Source: Paludibacter sp. (lineage in GTDB: Bacteria; Bacteroidota; Bacteroidia; Bacteroidales; Paludibacteraceae). Taken from it: a stretch of 64,000 bases of DNA. Location: positions 82,764 through 146,763 of the forward strand of contig JANJVQ010000018.1 in the NCBI GenBank assembly GCA_024710005.1, given 5' to 3'. Below the pieces are notes generated by a model. It did not search any database, was not told the DNA's origin, and saw only the letters and a program-made list of their open reading frames with translations. The position numbers and the translations under genes are program-made. This document shows positions 10,701 through 17,700 of the stretch, piece after piece; position 1 is the first letter of the stretch; each line of letters begins with the position of its first letter.

Positions 10701-10834
10701 TCGAGTTTTGATTCGTTCCATCCTTGTTCCGTTGGAACTGAAGCGCCTGAATACACGGTTACAGGCGACTGTGCGAAGCTTTGCCACGCAAAAAGTGGCA
10801 ACGCGCAGGTAAAAAGTAACGTTTTAATTTTCAT
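7781..10834 (-). CDS. T9SS-secreted multidomain protein, no recognisable catalytic domain: split beta-sandwich + 3 CBM4/9-like domains + 2 InlB B-type repeats + T9SS CTD
   Basis: Signal peptide; three NxxxNGxFE...DD/DN units; two FNxxGG...PTKxG(Y/F)xFxGWY...AKW repeats; LYPNPV...GTYIIRV CTD. Confidence 0.8.
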   Translation of the reverse strand: MKIKTLLFTCALPLFAWQSFAQSPVTVYSGASVPTEQGWNESKLDATVNDLAAPTTATVESGVLKLTSTNAVNQFSERKWIKSDLDFNLNTGFTLEIKAKITVADKTGAFNIQGYDKTGKGFRIGILNNAVTEQTNPFAATKVLASDITNGDGFHIFRIACSPLGVAAVYRDNVLLGTFPLTTFQFDNIIENGGFEDADYPDFASNGILSRVTDPKLKRYGNFALEMNSDGKVTNGYSNIEGAHTREIPVKPNTDYDISITRRRTANEPWAWRDMGAFYDFNKGCIGLKGINEDGRDEARRPMFASVNDRVWQVHNQSITTPADAKTIRFEFPSWERDGNKRSVTSSFDNFTFREKVTNTVGATPNPTAGFPEVVLHEGYVNLIQNGGFEDHTINHDGSEYIWALSNEADANNNEPVALNPLWNGNVRIQKNDKPDDQLGGQWARSGTSSLRFSTLGNGANNFDFTKELEAGKTYRFNFWHRNPHWNDYGWIRVKIGDQIIWGHQLGGRNNVWANCDLVFTTSEANKTLHLYSTSDTHGGWMNIFFDDLVLYEMAETTLVDTQIQGKTNLIANGDFEDVNLGNDGQPYTWALASEYSGDDDNYPVKYSEMWGSYVRLQDKQKITDTGLIWAHSGSKALRFSYLDDYGKAQAFEGLANDVLPNAYRTNLDFKKELEPNKTYTFVFWLKTSNYGDRGRIAVANGDKLLWEEELSTKYINWTRQSITFSTTASNRTLRLFTKFTGWFNFYLDDLFLFEEDVYVPAPESDGNAYLAFGKSTGASSTDVEVEYIKVDNTGSYIHTAVFNSNGGSAVASQVVDGTVTEPVNPTKNGYQFAGWYANLVLTTAYDFNTPVTNDLVLYAKWNEEYTITFNLDGGIGITDSTYTVESEAIVLPLPTKEGFNFVGWYDNSELTGTPITSVPQGSTGDKEFWAKWEIATNVNDVRKESLNLYPNPVTDGLLTIDNIQSTDKMIEVYNVLGVRTGLYDIKGSKTEIDLSVLPAGTYIIRVDGQTARILKK

Positions 10835-10887
10835 AATATTAAAAAATTTAATTGATAAAAGATAACTGTTAATAAAATTTGTATTGA

Positions 10888-12111
10888 TTAAGATATAAAG
10901 ATTTTTTTCACCATAGAATAACCGTTAATATGAATCCGGATGATATAAATTCCGGTAGCAAGACGAATTTGAGCTTGCTCATTTACAACTACCGCATCAA
11001 GCAGTTGACCGGTTGTTGTATATACTTTTGCTGACACCGGCAGTGAGGATTGTATGGTTAAACTTTTTTCACCGGGCTGCAATTGGACCAACCCTTCATA
11101 CACATTCCTTTGTCCGCTCGTTCCGAAAACAGGAGCTTCGGCTGTAATCGAAGGCGAAGCGGAGGTGACATAGGGCCACCCACTCCGGTCCCAACTTATT
11201 TTATTCAGCAATAAACCTCTCTTGTTGTCAGGAAAATCAACATCCCATCCATGAAAGAAAATCCAATCATTGCCGGCCTCGTCCGATACAATCTCGGAAC
11301 AATGACCATTACCGACAAATCGGCTATTGGAACCAACAACAAGCGAATAACCATTCGACATCATGCTGTCACCCTGCTTGTTATAGTAAGGTCCGGTCAG
11401 CGAATTTGAACGACCGACCACGAGTCTGTACGTACTGTTTATTCCGTTACAACAGCTGCCGATAGAAGCAAACATGAAATAATAATCTCCCCGTTTATAA
11501 ATGTATACACCTTCGAATGCGGTGCCGGCCACCTGTTGCGGTTGAGGATTTCCGGGATTTTTGAGCGCGAGTCCATTATCAGCCAGTTCAACATAATAAA
11601 TTCCCCTGAAACTACCCCAGAAAAGATATTTTTTCCCGTTATCTTCGATGTAGAATGGGTCAATCGAGTTTTGCACACCAATTTCATTACTTCTGAAAAG
11701 CTTTCCCATGTCAGTAAAGGGACCTTCCGGTTTATCAGCAGTGGCAATACCAACACCACAAGTCCACTCACCTCCCCATACCGACATGGAATAATACAAG
11801 ACATATTTCCCGTTGATATAATTGATATCCGGCGCCCAAAGTCCGCCATTCGGTTCAAAAGTCGGTCGTGTGGCATTGGTGAAAGCAGTTCCCATCAAAG
11901 ACCAATCAACGAGATTATTAGAACGATAGATCGGCGTATTCCGGATATCCTCGGTCGCGTACAAGTAAAAATATCCATCAGCTGCACGAATCAGGGTTGG
12001 GTCGGGCGTACTGCGTGTAATTACCGGATTCGTATAGGTAACTATTTCGGTGGCAAAAAAGCACGTGCTGAAAACCAAAAATAATATTACGGTAAAGCTT
12101 TTGAACATCAT
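10888..12111 (-). CDS. GH43 glycoside hydrolase (arabinanase-like clade) with T9SS C-terminal domain
   Basis: NPVI, TPDPT, LWAPDI, SIDPF, AFEGVY, GNGHCS; C-terminal VYTTTGQLL...GIYIIRI. Confidence 0.88.
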   Translation of the reverse strand: MMFKSFTVILFLVFSTCFFATEIVTYTNPVITRSTPDPTLIRAADGYFYLYATEDIRNTPIYRSNNLVDWSLMGTAFTNATRPTFEPNGGLWAPDINYINGKYVLYYSMSVWGGEWTCGVGIATADKPEGPFTDMGKLFRSNEIGVQNSIDPFYIEDNGKKYLFWGSFRGIYYVELADNGLALKNPGNPQPQQVAGTAFEGVYIYKRGDYYFMFASIGSCCNGINSTYRLVVGRSNSLTGPYYNKQGDSMMSNGYSLVVGSNSRFVGNGHCSEIVSDEAGNDWIFFHGWDVDFPDNKRGLLLNKISWDRSGWPYVTSASPSITAEAPVFGTSGQRNVYEGLVQLQPGEKSLTIQSSLPVSAKVYTTTGQLLDAVVVNEQAQIRLATGIYIIRIHINGYSMVKKIFIS

Positions 12112-12155
12112 TTATAATTTTGTATAAAACCGATATCTCCTATATGGAAAAATAT

Positions 12156-14699
12156 TTATTCTTTAATAAAGGCAACTGTATCATTTTTATCATCTGATTT
12201 TATCCTGATGAAGTACATTCCGGAAGTCAGATCCGAAACATCCACTTCACCATCAAATTTCCCGGGTGATTTTACCAGGGTTCCCAACACATTGTAAATG
12301 CCAGTAATTTCAATCTCCTGGTTTTCAGAGTCAATCCTCAAAAAGTCTTTAGCGGGATTTGGATAAACCTTTAACGCTTTTTTTTTTATGTCTCTGGTTG
12401 CTGTGTTTGTTCCATTATCCATAACTGAAACACCAACATCGATATATTGCCCACCGAATGTTTGCCGGCAATGCACAGCCAGGGTATTTTCACCACCTAA
12501 AACCAGCGCTGATGCTGCAGCAGCGGTAATATCATAGAAAGAATAATCACCTGTGTAACCCGACAATTCAAGCGCCAGCACACCATTTATGTAAATCTTG
12601 CAATCTTCATCGTGATGTACTTTCAGCATCAGTTTTCCCTTATCTAACGCATTTGCAGGCATGGTAAAATTGCGGCGCAGCCAGATATTGGAGGTATTCC
12701 ATACCGTACCGATAATTGCTCCGGGCGTTTTTTCAGTTCCAAAGCCACCATTGCCCGACTGCCACGACGAATCATCAAAGCTTTTGCCGTACCAGCTCAG
12801 GGTTGGGGGTTGACTGAGGGTGTATTTCCAGGTTTGTTTCTGTTCTTCCGAGGTAGGTACTATTTCGGTAAAATATTCATTATCATTAATAATGCGCTGA
12901 TTCACCGCGTAAAAGTCCGATTTATTACCTTTAATAACTTTACGGTCATACGTAATAAACCCGTTTAACTCCATTTCCACATCTGTAATCTCGGTATAAA
13001 CAGCTCCGCTCAGGCCTTTGTTGCTTTTGAAATAGACGAGCATATCACCATACTTTGCATACCGTTGCAGCAGCGCGGCATAACTGTTAACTGTTTCATA
13101 AGGATTACCTTCCTGCCAGATATGACCTTCCTCATAGTATCCTGTACCACCGTATTCACCGCACACGAGAATTTGCGAATTGGTTGAATTGGGTTTCGGA
13201 GCAACAGGGGGTGGATAATTATGATAATCGCGAATATCAGTATTGATATTATCGTACCTTGAGTCGCCGCCACTATTAATATTAACCAGTCGTGAAGGAT
13301 CCAGATTTTTCACAAAATTGGCAATATTGGCTTCATCGTGCGAACCCTGAAATTCGTTGAATGGCACCCACGAAACAATGGAGGGAGAGTTCCAGTGTGT
13401 TTTGATCATGGCTTCGAGTTCGGTCAGGTAAGCCGGGCGTTCCTGAGGCGGAACAGGGCGTAGCCTGGTATCAATGTACGAATTCATCGACGGCATATCC
13501 TGCCACACCAATATACCAAGCTTATCGCACCAGTAATACCAGCGTTGTGGCTCCACTTTGATGTGTTTTCGTATCATGTTGAATCCTAATTCTTTTGTCA
13601 GCTGAATATCAAACTTAAGCGCTTCATCGGTCGGTGCTGTATACACACCATCCGGCCAGAAACCCTGATCGAGTGGCCCCATGTGGAAAACAAACTTGTT
13701 GTTTAGCATCATTCTCGGATACCCATCCACCATCTCTTTCGAAATTTTCCGCATCCCAAAATAGGTTGAAATAGAATCATGTACCTCAGTTCCATTTACA
13801 AGATAGATTTTCATATCGTAAAGAAATGGACTGTCGGGTGACCAGAGTTTAAGAGGGCGGGGAATATCGATGGGAAATCCGTTCACACTGCTTCTGTCTT
13901 CCGCAGATGCAATTTTCACCCCGTTATCGTAAATTTCACAACGGATTTTTAGTCCCCGGATGTAAGTTCCTGCCACATTTGAAGAAACTGTCAGGGTTGC
14001 ATTATCTATATCCGGCACCATACGAATATCAGCAATATAGCTTTGCGGAACCATTTCAAGCCATACTGTTTGCCAGATACCGGTTGTTGAAGTGTACATG
14101 ATTCCACCGGGATACAAGGTTTGTTTTCCCCTCGGATAACCTTTAGCATCGGTCACATCGTTCACCCTGACAGCAATATCCTGTGACCCGGTGGTCAGAT
14201 AGGGTGTTATATCAAAAGAAAACGGGTCATAACCTCCCTGATGGGTACCAACACTGGTTCCGTTGATGAATACTTCGCACAAATAATCCACTGCTCCGAA
14301 ATGGAGTAAGATTCGTTGTCCCGACCAATTGGCAGGAACTGTAAATGACCTGCGATACCATACATTCTCGTGATGTTCCATTATTCCCGAAAGGGCTGAC
14401 TCAACAGGGAAAGGCACCAGAATTTCCCGGGAAAGATTACCGGCAGGCAGAGGTTCTGAGAAACTTGCTGCTGGCTGAAACTGCCAGATACCATTGAGGT
14501 TCAACCAGTTTTCACGAACCATTTGCGGACGGGGATACTCAGGTAAAACCGGATCGGTAGCTTGCAACGCTTCACCCCAGGGAGACATCAACGTAGCAGT
14601 TTTTTTTGCGTACGGAGTTTGAGAATAGGCAAGCTGCTGTAACAGCAGGGTGGCGCAGACCAAAATAAATGTTTGAATTTGTTTGTGCTTTTTAATCAT
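12156..14699 (-). CDS. GH2 glycoside hydrolase + jelly-roll accessory module + T9SS CTD
   Basis: PEYPRPQ, GPLDQGFWPDG, intact WVPFNE and CGEYGG; IWLRR...HHDED module; VYPNPAKD CTD. Confidence 0.9.
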   Translation of the reverse strand: MIKKHKQIQTFILVCATLLLQQLAYSQTPYAKKTATLMSPWGEALQATDPVLPEYPRPQMVRENWLNLNGIWQFQPAASFSEPLPAGNLSREILVPFPVESALSGIMEHHENVWYRRSFTVPANWSGQRILLHFGAVDYLCEVFINGTSVGTHQGGYDPFSFDITPYLTTGSQDIAVRVNDVTDAKGYPRGKQTLYPGGIMYTSTTGIWQTVWLEMVPQSYIADIRMVPDIDNATLTVSSNVAGTYIRGLKIRCEIYDNGVKIASAEDRSSVNGFPIDIPRPLKLWSPDSPFLYDMKIYLVNGTEVHDSISTYFGMRKISKEMVDGYPRMMLNNKFVFHMGPLDQGFWPDGVYTAPTDEALKFDIQLTKELGFNMIRKHIKVEPQRWYYWCDKLGILVWQDMPSMNSYIDTRLRPVPPQERPAYLTELEAMIKTHWNSPSIVSWVPFNEFQGSHDEANIANFVKNLDPSRLVNINSGGDSRYDNINTDIRDYHNYPPPVAPKPNSTNSQILVCGEYGGTGYYEEGHIWQEGNPYETVNSYAALLQRYAKYGDMLVYFKSNKGLSGAVYTEITDVEMELNGFITYDRKVIKGNKSDFYAVNQRIINDNEYFTEIVPTSEEQKQTWKYTLSQPPTLSWYGKSFDDSSWQSGNGGFGTEKTPGAIIGTVWNTSNIWLRRNFTMPANALDKGKLMLKVHHDEDCKIYINGVLALELSGYTGDYSFYDITAAAASALVLGGENTLAVHCRQTFGGQYIDVGVSVMDNGTNTATRDIKKKALKVYPNPAKDFLRIDSENQEIEITGIYNVLGTLVKSPGKFDGEVDVSDLTSGMYFIRIKSDDKNDTVAFIKE

Positions 14700-14723
14700 G
14701 ATATAGAATTTTTCTTATTTGTT

Positions 14724-14751
14724 CCCTGCGTTCCGATCAAAGAACGCAGGG
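14724..14751 (-). other. Conserved 3' stem-loop, copy 2
   Basis: CCCTGCGTTC-CGATCAAA-GAACGCAGGG downstream of the 1770-aa gene; differs from copy 1 by one compensatory pair. Confidence 0.7.
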
Positions 14752-14779
14752 TTGATTATATTTACAATTTATTCAGATT

Positions 14780-17700
14780 TTACCGGTTTACAATCTTCAC
14801 GGCTTTAACTACTCCGTTAGCAGCCGATTTGATGATGTAAACACCCTGTGGAAGAGCAACAGTCTGCTTGCCATTAACATCGGTACGTTCCACCAATGCA
14901 CCCTGCAGGTTGTAAATCCAGACTGCAGTAGGTTGAGAAGCTGTCATAACCACATTACCCGACACCGAATAAACTATCAGATCATTCACTTTTTCCACAC
15001 CCGGAACTGCTGATTCATCAATATCAAATTCAGCGCCCTGGATTGTTCTGAAGATTGGGAATCCACCACCTTTAGGTATACCCCAAACAGTCGTCATATC
15101 CCATCCGGCAGCACGATAAAGCGAATAACCTTTGAAATCATCGATTGGACGTTTCATTGCACTGGTTGCACGGGCATACTGACCACCACGATTCGGTGCA
15201 AATATCGGATCTAAGGTCATATCATTGCGGGTGAAGCAAGTGGTTGAGTCGATAACGATATATCCACCACCATTGAATGAGATGAACTCATTCCCTGATG
15301 CACTCAGTACTTCTGTAGCCAGTGATACAACTCCGTTGAAGTAGTTCTTTCCTCCTTCAGTACGTGCTACTATACCTGCAGCATCCCGGTTATCAGCCGT
15401 GAGACGATTTGCATGGGTAATTGCAACAGTACCGGTGAAGTAAGAATTAATGATACGGGTATCGCACATGATACCAACCAAACCGGCAGCCTGCCATTCG
15501 GTAGAAGTCACCTTACCATCAACAACATAAACATCCTTAATGGTCGACAGTTTTCCTGTTTCCAGCATACCTGCCACAACGCCTACGTGGTCGCGACCAC
15601 CAACCTCAGGTTGGTATTCACCCTTATCGAACACCACGTGTTCAACCGTTATACCTTTACCGCGACCGAGCAGGATACCGACATCGGCACCACCCTGAAC
15701 ATAGGCTTCAGTGAAACGCAGGTTTACAAAATGAGCACCATCGGCATAACCGAAGAGTCCGAGACGGTCTCCACCATTGATTTCCGGACATCTAACCGTA
15801 TGGTTCTGTCCATCGATATAACCTTTGAAAGGATTATCTGTGTTACCTATTGGAGTGTATTGTTCAGAATACAAATCGATATCAGCAGTCAGACGGTAGA
15901 AACCACTGAGATTATTCTTAATATTCATCCAGTCGGCGGCAGTTGCCACGTTAACCCAGACAGGCTCAGTTACAGGCTCTTCATAAGTAATGTCTTTGGA
16001 CAACTTATCTGTAGTTACTCCCAAATCCATACATGAACCACCACCGTTTTGTATAATATGAATGGCAAACAGGTTTTCGCCTCCATAATTGATTGCAGCC
16101 TTTGCTTCAGGATAAATATCAATTGTTACATAGTTAGTGCTCCATCCTGTATTGGTATGAGCCAACACGCCATTGATATAGAACTCATAATCTTCGTCGT
16201 AGAAAAGTCTGAAATTAAGCTTATCACCTTCTTCCAACACAGGAATATTCACTTTCTTACGGGCATAAAGTTCGATATTATCACCTTTCCAGGAAGTATT
16301 CCATGGGAAAGAAACCCCCATATTTCCTCCGAAAGCAGAACGACCTTCATTCCAGCCGGTCTCATCGAAGTTCATATTTGTATTCCATCCGGCAGCAACG
16401 ACTACTTCATTTTTCACACCAGAGACATATTTCCAGAGTTCTCCACCTTGTCCGCTCGTTTTCAGAACCGGAGCAGTAATCTTGGATTTCATGAAAGCAG
16501 TGGTATTTTTCAACACGCTATCGGCTTTAAGACCTGCTTTATAGACTTTACGGTCATAAGTCATCAAACCATTGATCTCATTTTCGACATCGGTGATTTG
16601 CACCATTGCCAAGCCAGCTATACCTGATAAGGTCAGATTTTTAGCAGCATTAGCAAATTCAGACAAACGAGATGCATAGGTTGCATCGTCTTTGATATCA
16701 CTCGAACTACTTGTATTCCAGAGATGTCCATTGATTGCATAATTATAATTACCTGTTACACCGCAGATTGAAGCACGCTCATTGTACGGATTGGCATGCA
16801 ATTGAGGTAATGGTAAACCATGACGGGAAACTACGTCACCCAATTCATAATTATCATCTCCTGATTCAGGCAACACAAGTCTGCCGTCATTCAGATTCCG
16901 GAATAACTTAACCGTGTTTTCAACATGACTCATATTGTATCTGCCCCAACCATCATTGAAACCTATCCAGGCTACTACTGACGGGAAGTTACGAATGCTC
17001 TTGGTCATAGCAGCTGTTTCACGCAGGAAGTTAGCTTTACGGGCAGCTTCTGTATTAAGTTCAGCAATCGCTGTACCCACATGAGCTGCAGGAATATCCT
17101 GCCATACAAGCAATCCAAGCGAGTCGGCGATATGGTACCAGATAGCCGGTTCGATTTTCACGAACTTACGTACTGCATTGAAGCCAAGTTCTTTCAGCTT
17201 AACAAGATCATGGCGCATTGCATCATAAGAAGCCGGAGTATACAAACCATCAGGGAAATAACCCTGATCAAGCGCTGCGAAATTAAATGTAAGCTGATCG
17301 TTCAGATAGATATACGGTTTTTCACGTGTTTTCTTCACCTCAATCTTACGCATTCCAAAGTATGACGTCACGTTATCAGTTGTTACACCTTCTTTTTTCA
17401 ATGCTACAGTCACATTGTATAGGAACGGAGTTTCAGGAGACCAAAGTTTTGCATTTGCGACCGGAATTGTAGTTTCAGCATCAACTGCTACATCCACTGA
17501 GGCAATTTCGGTTGTACCATCTAATATTTTTACCGTAGCAGTTGCTCCGGCAGCATTAGCAGCTTCAACTTTCACTTTAACCGCGTTGTTATTTACCGGT
17601 GTTAGTGCTACATCTGTAATATAAACAGGATTTACAACTTCGGTCCATACTGTCTGCCAGATACCGGTTACAGGTGTATATGTTGTAGCACCCGGCACCT

